From an uncultured Actinomycetota bacterium (lineage in GTDB: Bacteria; Actinomycetota; Actinomycetes; Propionibacteriales; Propionibacteriaceae): a DNA stretch of 64,000 bases. The notes beneath the pieces are model-generated. The model saw only the letters and a program-made list of their open reading frames with translations, was not told the origin of the DNA and did not search any database. Positions within the stretch are counted from its first letter, which is position 1; every line of letters begins with the position of its first letter. Below are positions 52,701 to 63,082 of the stretch, one piece after another. Position numbers and translations under genes: made by a program. Where the stretch lies: the NCBI GenBank assembly GCA_963784345.1, contig CAWARE010000015.1, forward strand, positions 763 to 64,762, given 5' to 3'.

Positions 52701-53418
52701 GATCTTCGGCTCCAAGCCCGGCTCGTACGGGGCCGGCATCCTGCCGCTGATGGAAGCCGGCAACTGGCGCGACGACCAGGACCTGGCCGAGGTCTACAGC
52801 ACCTGGGGCGGCTTCGCGTACGGGCGTGATCTGGACGGCATCCCGGCCCGCGGCGACATGGAGGCCAACTACCGGCGGATCGCGGTGGCGGCCAAGAACA
52901 TCGACATCCGCGAGAGCGACATCCTCGACTCCGACGACTACTTCCAGTACCACGGCGGCATGGTGGCCACGGTGCGGTCGCTGACCGGGACCGCGCCGAA
53001 GGCGTACGTGGGTGACTCGACCAACGCCGACGCGGTGAAGACCCGCTCCCTCAGCGAGGAGACCTCCCGGGTGTTCCGGGCCCGGGTGGTCAACCCCCGC
53101 TGGATCGCCGCGATGCAGCGGCACGGCTACAAGGGCGCGTTCGAGCTGGCCGCGACAGTGGACTACATCTTCGGGTTCGACGCCACGGCGGGGGTGGTCA
53201 GTGACTGGATGTACGAGCAGCTGGCCAGCTCCTACGTGCTGGACAAGGAGAACCAGGACTTCATGCGGCACGCCAATCCCTGGGCCCTCAACGGCATCAT
53301 CGAGAAGCTGAGCGAAGCAGCCGAGCGCGGTCTGTGGGCCGAGCCGGACCCGGAGACGCTGGCCGCTCTGCAGCAGGTCTACCTCGACGTCGAGGGCGAC
53401 CTGGAGGACCGCGGATGA
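49778..53418 (+). CDS. cobN: cobaltochelatase subunit CobN (frameshifts near 50910 and 52670)
   Basis: LLSTSDTDLL, QVAVPEFDGRI, QPPRGFGENP, GKHGNLEWLPGK, LPTGRNFYS, DYFQYHGG, RVVNPRWI. Confidence 0.97.
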
Positions 53419-53828
53419 GTCTCGACCTGCTCGACCTGCCCGCCGAGGTCGTGGACTTCCTGACCGAGCGGCACCTGGCCACGCTGACCACCCTGCGGCG
53501 CGACGGGACCCCGCACGTGGTCCCCGTCGGCTTCACCTACGACGCCGGCACCCGCACCGCTCGGGTGATCACCAGCGGCGAGTCGGTCAAGGCGCGCAAC
53601 GCCGGCCGGCCCGGCGCGGTGGCCGCGATCTGCCAGGTGGACGGGGCCCGCTGGCTGACCGTCAGCGGACCGGTCCGGGTGGACGCCGATCCCGCCGTGG
53701 TCGCCGACGCCGTCGACCGCTACGCCGCGCGCTACCGCCCACCCCGGGTGAATCCGTTGCGGGTCGCGTTGATCATGGACGTGGACCGGATGCTGGGGTC
53801 CAGCCGGCTCCGGTGCCGACTCGGGTGA
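53415..53828 (+). CDS. PPOX-class (putative F420-dependent) oxidoreductase
   Basis: FLTERHLATLTTLRRDGTPHVVPVGF..CQVDGARWLT. Confidence 0.9.
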   Translation: MSLDLLDLPAEVVDFLTERHLATLTTLRRDGTPHVVPVGFTYDAGTRTARVITSGESVKARNAGRPGAVAAICQVDGARWLTVSGPVRVDADPAVVADAVDRYAARYRPPRVNPLRVALIMDVDRMLGSSRLRCRLG

Positions 53829-54668
53829 TCACCGGCGACGCGCGGTGACCAGCAGGTACTCCCACTCCATCGTGCCGTCGGCCAGGTGGCGGTCACCGAG
53901 GTCGGCCAGGGCCGTGTCGAGGGCGGCGACCCGGGCGGGATCGTCGGCAAGGGACCGGTAGACGGCGATCGTCGGTCCGTAGGTGATCTTGAAGAAGTCC
54001 CGGAACTCTGCCCCGGTGGCGAACCGGTCCACCCGCAGGGTCTGCTGCCGGCCCACCAGATCGGTCACCCGGTCGCCGAACAGCCCGCGGACGTGGTCGG
54101 CGTGCCCCCACAGCGGGGCGGGGGAGGCGCCGGCCGGTGGCGGCGGCGCGAACGGCTTCATGGTCGCGAACATCTGGCCGATGAAGCCCTCCGGGGTCCA
54201 GCTCAGCACCCCGATCGTCCCGCCCGGCCGGCACACCCGGACCAGCTGGTCGGCCGCCGCCTGGTGGTGCGGGGCGAACATCACCCCGATGCAGGACAGC
54301 ACCGCGTCGTACTCCCCGTCGTCGCAGGGCAGGTGCTCCGCGTCAGCGGTGCGCCACCTGATCGCCAGTCCCTCCGCCGCGGCCCGCTGCTGACCCACGG
54401 CCAGCAGCTCGGGAGTGAGGTCGGTGGCCACGACTGTGGCACCGCGCCGGGCGGCGGGCAGGGCCGAGCTGCCGGTGCCGGCGGCGACGTCGAGGACCCG
54501 GTCGCCCGCACCGACGCCGACCGTGTCGACCAGCAGGCCGCCGAGGGAGCCGACGACCTCCTCGGCCACTCGTGGGTAGTCACCGCTCGCCCACATCGCG
54601 GCGTGCTTGGCCTTCAGCGCCGCGTCGGCGGCGTCGGTGGTGGACTGGTTGGTCGGCGTGCTGGTCAT
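53829..54668 (-). CDS. class I SAM-dependent methyltransferase
   Basis: MWASGDY, VLDVAAGTG, ADAEHLP, GVMFAPHH, RVCRPGG, MEWEYL. Confidence 0.93.
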   Translation of the reverse strand: MTSTPTNQSTTDAADAALKAKHAAMWASGDYPRVAEEVVGSLGGLLVDTVGVGAGDRVLDVAAGTGSSALPAARRGATVVATDLTPELLAVGQQRAAAEGLAIRWRTADAEHLPCDDGEYDAVLSCIGVMFAPHHQAAADQLVRVCRPGGTIGVLSWTPEGFIGQMFATMKPFAPPPPAGASPAPLWGHADHVRGLFGDRVTDLVGRQQTLRVDRFATGAEFRDFFKITYGPTIAVYRSLADDPARVAALDTALADLGDRHLADGTMEWEYLLVTARRR

Positions 54669-54789
54669 GGTGTGCCCCCCGGTGTTCGGCTGTTGTCCAC
54701 GACGGTAGGGATCCGCGCCGGTCGGCCGCATCGGTGCCGACGCGCAACCTGATGAGCGTGAGCGCTGACCGGTGTCGGCTGACGCGTAG

Positions 54790-55881
54790 TCAGGAGCGGG
54801 CGAGCAGTCGCGCCACGGCGGCCGTGCGGGCCGTCCGACCGGTGAGGCCCAGCTTGCCGTACGCGTTCTGCAGGTGACGTTCGACGGTCCGGGTCGACAG
54901 CACCAGCGAGGCCGCGATCTCGGTGTTGTCCAGACCGCGGGCCGCGTGGGTCAGCACGTCCAGCTCGCGGGTGGACAGCACGCCGGTGAGGTCGTCGGCA
55001 GCCGACGGAGACGGGGTGCGGCGGTCGGCGGCCAGGAAGTCCGTCAGCTCGCGCAGCAGCACCGGCCACGCCGGCTCGTCGGCGAGCACGATGTGGTTCC
55101 GGCTCTCCAGGGCGACCAGCCGGGCTCCCGGCAGGTGGGCCGCGAGATAGCGGCTGTGCTCGAACCCGTTCATCTGGTCGTCCCGGCTGTGCAGGACGAG
55201 GGTGGGGAGATCGAGCTCGGCCAGCCGGTGACGCGAGTCGGCGAGCTGCCGCTGCTCGCGCGCCAGCAAGGCGGTCTCGGCGTCGGTGGCCATGCGTTGC
55301 AGCTCGTCCAGCCAGGTCATCTGAGCCTCGGTCGCCCCCGGGATCATCAGGCTGGTGAACACCCGCCGGAACTCCGGTGTCGGCCGCTCCCAGCCCACCC
55401 GGATCAGTGCCTGGAAGGCGTCGTCGAGCTCCTGCTCCTCCGCGGACGACGCCTCGCCGAGCGCGGCCGCGTAGCTCCCGTACAGGGCCAGCCGGGTGAC
55501 CCGCTCGGGGTGTCGGGCCGTGTACTCCAACGCGACCGGCCCGCCCTGCGCCATGGCCAGCAGGGCGAAGCTGTTCAGTCCGGCGTCGTCGGCGACCGCC
55601 TCGAGGTCCGCGACGCGAGCTTCGAGGCTGTGGTCGGTGACGCCGCGGTCGGACAGCCCGTGCCCGCGTTCGTCGTAGCGGATGACGGTGGCCACCCGGC
55701 CCAGCTCCACCAGGTAGTGGCGCCAGACCGGGCTCTGCCAGTCGTACTGCAGGTGGCTCAGCCAGCAGGCGTCGATGAGCAGGGGAGGACCCGAACCGTG
55801 GACCGCGTACGCGATCCCGACCCCGTCGGCGGAGCGGGCGAAGCGGATGTCCTGCACGCTCTCGCCGGTGTCCCCGCCCAT
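54790..55881 (-). CDS. alpha/beta-hydrolase-fold sensor fused to LuxR HTH
   Basis: WLSHLQYDW, RYDERGHGLS, AMAQGG (Ala at the nucleophile position), LSTRELDVL..TVERHLQNAYGKLG. Confidence 0.92.
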   Translation of the reverse strand: MGGDTGESVQDIRFARSADGVGIAYAVHGSGPPLLIDACWLSHLQYDWQSPVWRHYLVELGRVATVIRYDERGHGLSDRGVTDHSLEARVADLEAVADDAGLNSFALLAMAQGGPVALEYTARHPERVTRLALYGSYAAALGEASSAEEQELDDAFQALIRVGWERPTPEFRRVFTSLMIPGATEAQMTWLDELQRMATDAETALLAREQRQLADSRHRLAELDLPTLVLHSRDDQMNGFEHSRYLAAHLPGARLVALESRNHIVLADEPAWPVLLRELTDFLAADRRTPSPSAADDLTGVLSTRELDVLTHAARGLDNTEIAASLVLSTRTVERHLQNAYGKLGLTGRTARTAAVARLLARS

Positions 55882-55882
55882 G

Positions 55883-56698
55883 TCAGCGATCGTAAGCCTG
55901 CGCGACCCTCAGCTCGTAGAGATAGGACTTGGTGATCGTGCCGCCGTACTGGTCGGTGATCAGGGCGCGGACGCAGGAGAGCAGTCCCTGGCGTCTTTCG
56001 GGCTCGAGTGCCCGGTGACCGGAGTAGGTCCGCAGCACGGCCAGGTAGTCGTCGGCGGTGTAGGTGATGTCGCGAGCGAAGCGCCGGCGGACGGCCGGGG
56101 CGAACCGCGGGTCGGTGTCGATCTCGTCCAGCGCAGGGGGAACCTCGTCGGGGGCGAGGAGCTGCTCGTCGGGATCGGTCGCCGGGTCCCACCGCAGATA
56201 GCAGTCCTGGGCTTGGGCGAAGAAGTCGACGGAGCCGCCGCGGACGTGCGCGGTCGTGACGGTGGCCAGATGACCACCGGGACGCAGGGCGGTGAGCACC
56301 CGGTCCGCGCGGACGGTGCGGTCGACCCAGTGCCAGGCCGTGAACGAGGTGACCACGTCGACAGGTTCCGGCGGCGTCCAGTCCTCGAAGGCGCCGGTGA
56401 CCACCTCGACGTCGGATCCGGTGACGTTCTCCCGCAGCACCGTGGCCAGCTCCGGTCCGAGCTCGACCGCGGTGACCGCGGCGCCGGTGGCGGCCAGCGC
56501 CCGGGTCGCCTGACCGGTGCCGGGACCGATCTCGACCACCCGGGAGCCGGGTCCCAGTCCGGTCAGCTCGACCAGGTCGGCGATCACCGCGGCGGGGTAG
56601 TCGGGACGAGCGCGGTCGTAGAGCCGAGCATCCTGGTCGAAGATCCGGCGGAGCTCGGCATCGGTCACCTGCCCAGCATCGCCGACGTCGGTGATCAA
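55883..56698 (-). CDS. class I SAM-dependent methyltransferase
   Basis: YDRARPDYP, VVEIGPGTGQAT, AWHWVD, LRPGG. Confidence 0.9.
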   Translation of the reverse strand: MITDVGDAGQVTDAELRRIFDQDARLYDRARPDYPAAVIADLVELTGLGPGSRVVEIGPGTGQATRALAATGAAVTAVELGPELATVLRENVTGSDVEVVTGAFEDWTPPEPVDVVTSFTAWHWVDRTVRADRVLTALRPGGHLATVTTAHVRGGSVDFFAQAQDCYLRWDPATDPDEQLLAPDEVPPALDEIDTDPRFAPAVRRRFARDITYTADDYLAVLRTYSGHRALEPERRQGLLSCVRALITDQYGGTITKSYLYELRVAQAYDR

Positions 56699-56714
56699 CG
56701 GAAGACTGTCGTTC

Positions 56715-57103
56715 GTGGTTGCCCATCCGCCCCGCCGTCCGCCGCTGGTCGACCGGGCTCAGTGGGGCAGAGCTGCTCCGGTGGAACTGCGCGGAAGCCC
56801 GGTCCCGATCAGGTCCTGCGGGCGTGGTTCGTCGAGCAGATCGGGCCGGGCTTCCGCTTCGACGGACCGATGCGGACGTTCATCGCCGAAGGCGGCCGGA
56901 CGCTCGGTGACGCTGTTGATCACTGGTACGCCATCCGCCACCGCGGTCCGCAGGAGATCGAGCCGCAGTTCGAGCTCAACCGCTTCGGGCGCGCCTGGCG
57001 GGCAGCCCACCCGGGCTCGACCCACACCCTGATGCTTGCCGCCTGGGCGCATCACCGGGCACTGCCGGTGGAGGAACGAACACCCGATATCCCTGCTGGG
57101 TAA
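56715..57103 (+). CDS. DUF6434-like small protein (start uncertain, frameshifted)
   Basis: QVLRAWFVEQIGPGFRFDGPMR..TLGDAVDHW..EIEPQFELNRF..AAWAHHRALP. Confidence 0.6.
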
Positions 57104-57124
57104 CAGATCTCTTCGCTTCAGGTC

Positions 57125-57154
57125 TGGACACGCCTCCTCTCTCTCGGCTATAAT
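57125..57154 (+). promoter_or_regulatory. sigma70-type promoter TGGACA-N18-TATAAT, leaderless
   Basis: Consensus TATAAT at 57149-57154, 7 nt before ATG 57162. Confidence 0.65.
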
Positions 57155-57161
57155 CGTCTGT

Positions 57162-58920
57162 ATGTTCGAACAGTGGTTGGAGGAGTCGCTCGGGGATCCG
57201 GGTGCGCTGCTCAGCCTGGCTGCGGACAACCTGGCGACGGAGCGGTGGGCGGGGTGCCGGAAGCTGCTGCTGGCCGCGGCGTGGGCGGACTGCCACGGCG
57301 AGACCACCGATCCTGAGCGGCTCGGCAGGTCCGACTCGGTGTTGGTGGACCGGTTCGTGCGGATGGGACCCCTCGGCACCCCGTTGGTGGCGGAGACGTG
57401 TCCGGCGTCGTTGGCGTTGGCGCAGCAGTCGAGTGTGACCGCGGCCCGCCTGTTGATCGGGGACGCCTTGAACATCCGGCACCGGCTGCCGCAGCTGTGG
57501 GAACGGGTCAAGGCCGGTCAGGTGCTGGCGTGGAAGGCCCGCGAGATCGCCCACCGGACCAGTGAGCTGTCCCCGGTCGCAGCGGCAGCGGTCGACGCGG
57601 TCGTGACCGGTCAGGTCGAGCTGCTCGCCTGGGGTCGGTTCGAGAAGCTGCTCGACGCCACGCTGTTGCAGGTCGATGAGAAGACCTACCAGCAACGGGC
57701 GGCGCGGGCGGCGGCGCAGCGGGATGTGCGGGCCACCCAGTCCGGGGACGGGCTCCGCACCCTGGTGGCGCGGGTCGAGGCGGGCGACGCGACAGCGTTC
57801 CTGGCGTTGGTGAACCGGGTCGCGGAGTGTCTGGCCGACGACGGTGATGAGGACCCGGTCGCGGTCCGCCGGTCCAAGGCGGTCGGGATCATCGCCTACC
57901 AGCCGCGGTTGCGGGACCTGCTGGCCCGCCACGCCGACCAGCCAGACGTCCACCAGACCCCAGACGAGCAGGTCGCTGCGCACCAAGCAGACCCGACCGA
58001 CCCGTGGGCCGCTGACCTGCCGCCCGCTGGGTGGGAGACCGACCGGCACGGCAACGTGCACCAACCATCGGCTTCGATGATCTCGACGACGACTGCTGGA
58101 CCAGCCAACACCCCTCACCGGACAGGGATCCTGCGCCGGAGGAGCCGCCGGTCGACGAGACCGATCTCGCCTGGTTCCGGCAGCAGCGCGACCGACGATG
58201 CAGAGCTCGCCCGACGAGCCCGCCGTCGACGTGGCGCCGACCCCGGAATCGGTTCGTGATCATGAACCGGCACCAGCGGACCTCGTGCCGGCCGCGTTCC
58301 GCCGTGCCACCGGCGGGTTCCCGGTTCGATCTGCGCCCGTTCGCCCCGAAGCCGACCAGGAACGGTGCGGTCCCCGGGTGGTCATCCACGTCCACCTCAC
58401 CGACCAGACCCTGATCGAGCAGCACGGAGTGGTCCGCACCGAACACGGCCCGATCACCCTGGACCAGTTCCGGCAGTGGCTGACCCAGGCCGATCCGACG
58501 ATCACGATCCGACCCGTGCTGGACCCCGCCGCGACCGCGGCGGTCGACGCCTACGAGATCCCGCAACGGCTCCGGCAGGCCATGACCGTGCGGCATCCCG
58601 GATCGGTGTGGCCGTTCAGCCCCGCCACCACCATCAGCACCGGTGGCCGGCTCGACCTGGACCACACCATCCCCCACACCAAGACCGGCCCGCCCGGCCA
58701 AACGGCCATGGGCAACCTCGGACCGCTGACCCGGACCGAGCACCGCGCCAAAACCCTCGGCGGCTGGCAAGCCCGACAACCCGACTGCGGCACCTACCTG
58801 TGGCGCTCACCCGAGGGACTCGTCGCCCTCACCACCAACCAAGGCACCCTCCTGCTCGGCGACCGCCACTGGGCCCACCAGGTCTGGCACACAGCCGAAC
58901 CCGCCGCGCCGGCCGCCTGA
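57162..58920 (+). CDS. DUF222/HNH-like protein (13E12 repeat-like; frameshifted)
   Basis: LLAAAWAD, GTPLVAE, LIGDALNIRHRLPQLW, AVRRSKAVG; VDAYEIP, DLDHTIP..NLGPL..HRAKT..YLWRSP. Confidence 0.85.
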
Positions 58921-58921
58921 C

Positions 58922-59682
58922 TCAATCACCGGCGCGGAGCGCGTACACGTCCATCACCCAGCCGCGCTCCGCCCGGATGGCCACCCGTCGCTCGGTGATC
59001 TCCGGCAGCACCTCGGCCAACCGGCCGTGGAGCAGGGCTTCGTCGGCCAGCCCCAGCTGGGCACCCCACCAGATCTCCAGATCGGGATGCTGGTCGGCCA
59101 GCCCGGCGCAGGCCAGGTCGCCGTCCAGCATCACCACCACCGTGCCCAGGCCGGGTCGAACTCCTCGACCAGGCGGCGTCCGGTGGTGACGTGGATCGAA
59201 CCGCCGACCGTGTTCAAGATCAGCTGGTGGCGGGCGGCGAGCAGCTGGACGCTGCTGATCCCCGGGTACACCTCCAGCGTCAGGTCGATGCCGCTGCCAC
59301 GGATCTGCTCGACGATCCGCAGGGTGCTGTCGTAGAAGGCCGGGTCGCCCCAGACCAGGAAGCCGAGGGTGCCGCCGTCCGGCAGCTCACGGGCGATCAC
59401 GTCGGCGTACGCCGCAGCCCGCCGGGCGTGCCAGTCAGCGACGGCCTCGCGGTAGCCGGACGGGTCACGTTCCCGGACCGGGTCGGCCACCTCGATCACC
59501 CGGTAGCGGTCACCGGTGATCACCGCACGGCACAGCTCCGTCCGGATCGCAGCGAGGTCGCCGGTCTCGGCTCGCTTGTCGGCCACCAGGAACACGTCCA
59601 CCCGGTTCAGGGCGGCCGCCGCTTCGGCGGTCAGGTGGGCCGGGCTGCCGCTGCCGATGCCGATGGCCAGGACGGTGATCAT
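58922..59682 (-). CDS. cobF: precorrin-6A synthase (deacetylating) (frameshift near 59150)
   Basis: IGIGSGSPAHLT, FLVWGDPAFYDSTLR, PGISSVQ, TTGRRL, VVMLDG, IWWGA, GWVMDVY. Confidence 0.92.
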
Positions 59683-61160
59683 GAGCCGACCCTGGTCCAC
59701 GACAGCAGCTGGTCGAGGTCCAGGTGCTCCTCGACGGCGTCGGCCATGATCGTGATCATGGTCTCCCGCCGGTCGCCGAAGGACGGCGCTCCCGGCCGCG
59801 GCCTCCAGTCGATCCCTGCTGCAGCGGCGATCTCGCCCAACCAGGCCCGCCGGAAGTCGTCGTTCTCCAGCGTCCCGTGCCACATCGTGCCCCACACCGC
59901 TCCGGCCCGGCAGCCGTCCAGGAACGCCTCGGCCCCGCTGTCGGGATCACGCTCGGCCACCCCGTGGTGGATCTCGTACGCCGACACCGGATGACCCTCC
60001 CAGACGCCGACCGGACGAGAGAGCACCTTGTCCTCGCCGAACCGTACGGTGGTGGGCAGCAGGCCGAGGCCGACGATCGGTCCCAGACGACTCTCCACGG
60101 TGTCCTCGATCGTCCGGGCCAGCATCTGGTAGCCACCGCAGATGCCCAGCACCGGTCGCTCGTGGGCCGCTCGTTCCTGCACCGCGTCGGCCAGCCCGGT
60201 CTCGCGCAGCCAGGCGAGGTCGGACCCCGTGGTCCGAGTGCCCGGCAGCACGACCAGGTCGGCGTCGGCGACCACCCGCGGGTCGGTGGTGACCAGCACG
60301 TCCACCCCCGGCTCGGCAGCCAGGGCCTCCACGTCGGTGAGGTTGGAGACGCGGGGGAGCCGCACCACCGCGACCCGCAGCCGATCATGATCACGGACTG
60401 TCGCCGCCGACGACCGCCAGGCGCCGACCTCGAGGGTGTCCTCGGCGTCCAGCCACACGCCGGGCAGCCAGGGCAGCACGCCCAGGCAGGTCAGTCCGGT
60501 GCGCTCGCCCAGCATGGCCAACCCGGGTTCCAGCACCGCCCGGTCGCCGCGGAACTTGTTGATCAGGTAGCCGCGGATCGCCGCCCGGTCGTCGTCGTCC
60601 AGCAGCGCCACCGTGCCGTACAGGGAGGCGAAGACGCCGCCGCGGTCGATGTCGCCGACCACCACCATCGGCAGGTCGAACCGTCGGGCCAGACCGAGGT
60701 TGACGTAGTCGCCGGCCCGCAGGTTGATCTCCGCTGGTGAGCCCGCCCCCTCGGCGACGACCAGCGCGTGCTCGGACGCCAGCTCCTCGTACGCGGCGAA
60801 GGCGGCCTCCCGCAGTGCCGTCCGACCGGTGGCGTACTGGCCCGCTTCCAACGTCCCGTACGGCTGGCCGCGCAGCACGACGAAGCTGCGCCGGTCCGAG
60901 CCGGGCTTGAGCAGCACCGGGTTCATCGCCGAGGTGGGTTCGACCCCGGCCGCCTGGGCCTGCAGGAACTGCGCCCGCCCGATCTCGGACCCGTCGGCGC
61001 AGACCATCGAGTTGTTGGACATGTTCTGGGCCTTGAACGGGGCCACGTCGACGCCCCGCCGACGCAGCGCCCGGCACAGCCCCGTCACCACCAGCGACTT
61101 CCCGGCGTCCGACGACGTCCCCGCGATCACCACACCACTGGCGGCAGGTCGGTTCGGCAC
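59679..61160 (-). CDS. cobQ: cobyric acid synthase
   Basis: GTSSDAGKS, PFKAQNMSNNS, EGAGSPAEINLR, GDIDRGG, GICGGYQML, YEIHHG. Confidence 0.97.
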   Translation of the reverse strand: MPNRPAASGVVIAGTSSDAGKSLVVTGLCRALRRRGVDVAPFKAQNMSNNSMVCADGSEIGRAQFLQAQAAGVEPTSAMNPVLLKPGSDRRSFVVLRGQPYGTLEAGQYATGRTALREAAFAAYEELASEHALVVAEGAGSPAEINLRAGDYVNLGLARRFDLPMVVVGDIDRGGVFASLYGTVALLDDDDRAAIRGYLINKFRGDRAVLEPGLAMLGERTGLTCLGVLPWLPGVWLDAEDTLEVGAWRSSAATVRDHDRLRVAVVRLPRVSNLTDVEALAAEPGVDVLVTTDPRVVADADLVVLPGTRTTGSDLAWLRETGLADAVQERAAHERPVLGICGGYQMLARTIEDTVESRLGPIVGLGLLPTTVRFGEDKVLSRPVGVWEGHPVSAYEIHHGVAERDPDSGAEAFLDGCRAGAVWGTMWHGTLENDDFRRAWLGEIAAAAGIDWRPRPGAPSFGDRRETMITIMADAVEEHLDLDQLLSWTRVGS

Positions 61161-61203
61161 CGGGGGAGTCTACGGCCGCGGCGCCGCCACGACCCGAGGT
61201 CTT

Positions 61204-61234
61204 GAAAAGAAGTCTTTCGAAAGATACCTTTCGA
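61204..61234. promoter_or_regulatory. operator of the ArsR-like regulator: TCGAAAG-ATAC-CTTTCGA plus an overlapping second site
   Basis: Perfect 7-4-7 palindrome at 61217-61234 just before the ATG; AAAG-AAGT-CTTT at 61206-61217. Confidence 0.75.
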
Positions 61235-61236
61235 CT

Positions 61237-61857
61237 ATGAGCGAGCGACGAGCTGTGCGTCCGGAGATCGTGGACGACCGCGGACTGCCGGTCCGGCGGC
61301 TGCAGAGCGCCGACCAGCTCCGTGCTCTGGCGCACCCCCGGCGGATGGAGCTGATCGACCTGCTGATCGCCGACGGTCCGCTGACCGCCAGCCAGTGCGC
61401 CACCCGTCTGGACGACTCGCCGGCGTCCTGCTCCTACCACCTGCGGCAGCTGGCCCGGTTCGGCTTCGTCGAGGAGGCCGACGGCGGGCAGGGCCGGAAC
61501 CGGCCGTGGCGCTGGGTGCCGGTCGGCAACCAGATCGAGTCCACCGGCTCTCCGGCCGAGCGGTCGGCGGCCGAGGCCCTGGGGGCCGTCATCGACGGGC
61601 GCAACATCGACCGCATCCGCCACTTCACCAGCCACCGGTCGGGCGATCCCTGGAGGGAGCACGCGTTGACCTCCGACTGGGCGATCCGGGTCACCGAGCA
61701 GGAGCTCGTCGAGCTGGGGGAGGCCATGACGGCCCTCCTGGTCCCGCTGCAGCGCCGCACCTTCGACGGCGAGGCCCCGGCGGGTGCCCGGCTGGTCGAC
61801 GTGCTCACCTACCTGATGCCGCGATCCGACGGACGGGCTGAGCGCGACGATGCGTGA
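61237..61857 (+). CDS. ArsR/winged-HTH transcriptional regulator
   Basis: LRALAHPRRMELIDLL..SPASCSYHLRQLARFGFV..RPWR. Confidence 0.9.
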   Translation: MSERRAVRPEIVDDRGLPVRRLQSADQLRALAHPRRMELIDLLIADGPLTASQCATRLDDSPASCSYHLRQLARFGFVEEADGGQGRNRPWRWVPVGNQIESTGSPAERSAAEALGAVIDGRNIDRIRHFTSHRSGDPWREHALTSDWAIRVTEQELVELGEAMTALLVPLQRRTFDGEAPAGARLVDVLTYLMPRSDGRAERDDA

Positions 61858-63082
61858 GCTCCTGCGGCACCGCGACTTCCGGCTGCTGCTGGCCGCCCAG
61901 ACGCTGGCGATGTTCGGGGACTGGACCCTCCTGCTGGTCTTCGGCATCTGGGCCAAGACCCTCACCGGCAGCAACGCCCTAGCGGGTCTGACGGTGTTCG
62001 CCATGGTCGCTCCAGGCCTGCTCGCCCCGTTCGCCGGCGTCGTGGTGGACCGGCTGCCGCGGCGGGCGGTGATGGTCGGGCTCAACCTGGTCAGCGCGGC
62101 CGTCGTGTCGACCCTGTGGTTCGTGCACGACCGCGACCAGCTGTGGATCCTGTTCGCGGTGGCGGTCTGGTACGGCTTCAGCGGCGTCATGTTCAACGCG
62201 GCGATCTCCGGTCTGGTGCAGGCGATGCTGCCGATGGATCTGGTGGGACCGGCGAACGGGCTGCTGGCCACCGTGCGCCAGGGGCTGCGGCTGATCGGTC
62301 CCCTGGTCGGGGCGGGGCTGTTCGCGTACGCGGGTGGTCGGTGGGTGGCGACGCTCGACGCGATCATCCTCGTGCTGGCGTCGGGCGTCCTGCTGTTCCT
62401 GCGGCACCGGGAGGTCCGGGCACCGCGGACGCAGGTGCCGTTCCGGGTCGAGCTGACCGCCGGGCTGCGCCACCTGTGGCGGTCTGCCCTGCTGCGTCGG
62501 CTGGCGGTGACCACCGTGGTGTTCTCGGTGGCGATCGGGATGGTCGAACCGACGGTCTACGCGCTGGTGGGCGACGGCCTGCACCGACCGCCGGAGTTCG
62601 TCGGGGTGCTGGTCAGCGTCCAGGGTGTCGGCGCCATCCTCGGCGGCATCCTGGTCAGCGCCGCCATCCGCCGGGTCTCAGAGCCGTCGCTGATCGTGGT
62701 CGGGCTGACAGTGATCGCGGCCGGTGCCGGCCTCTGCGCGGTCCCCGCGCTGCCGACGGCGATCGTGGGCTTCGGCCTGGTGGGTGTCGGCCTGCCGGTG
62801 CTCGGGGTGGCCATCGCCACCCTGCTCCAACGGAGCACCCCGAACGCGGTGATGGGCCGGGTGGCGGCCGGCTACGACATGATCAGCACCGTGCCGACCA
62901 CCGCCTCCATCGCTCTCGGGGCGGTGCTGGTCGGGGTCTGGCCCTATCAGGTCATCCTGGGGGTGGCGGCTGTCGGTTGCGTGATCGCTGCGCTGACCAT
63001 GCTGCCCGCGCGGGGGGCGCTCAGCGCCGCCGCCCCGGACGCCCCAGCAGCGGCAGAGTCCCCGGTCGTGCCTGCACCGTAG
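61850..63082 (+). CDS. MFS transporter
   Basis: About 12 hydrophobic segments; motif A GVVVDRLPRR; HRDFRLL N-terminus. Confidence 0.93.
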   Translation: MRELLRHRDFRLLLAAQTLAMFGDWTLLLVFGIWAKTLTGSNALAGLTVFAMVAPGLLAPFAGVVVDRLPRRAVMVGLNLVSAAVVSTLWFVHDRDQLWILFAVAVWYGFSGVMFNAAISGLVQAMLPMDLVGPANGLLATVRQGLRLIGPLVGAGLFAYAGGRWVATLDAIILVLASGVLLFLRHREVRAPRTQVPFRVELTAGLRHLWRSALLRRLAVTTVVFSVAIGMVEPTVYALVGDGLHRPPEFVGVLVSVQGVGAILGGILVSAAIRRVSEPSLIVVGLTVIAAGAGLCAVPALPTAIVGFGLVGVGLPVLGVAIATLLQRSTPNAVMGRVAAGYDMISTVPTTASIALGAVLVGVWPYQVILGVAAVGCVIAALTMLPARGALSAAAPDAPAAAESPVVPAP

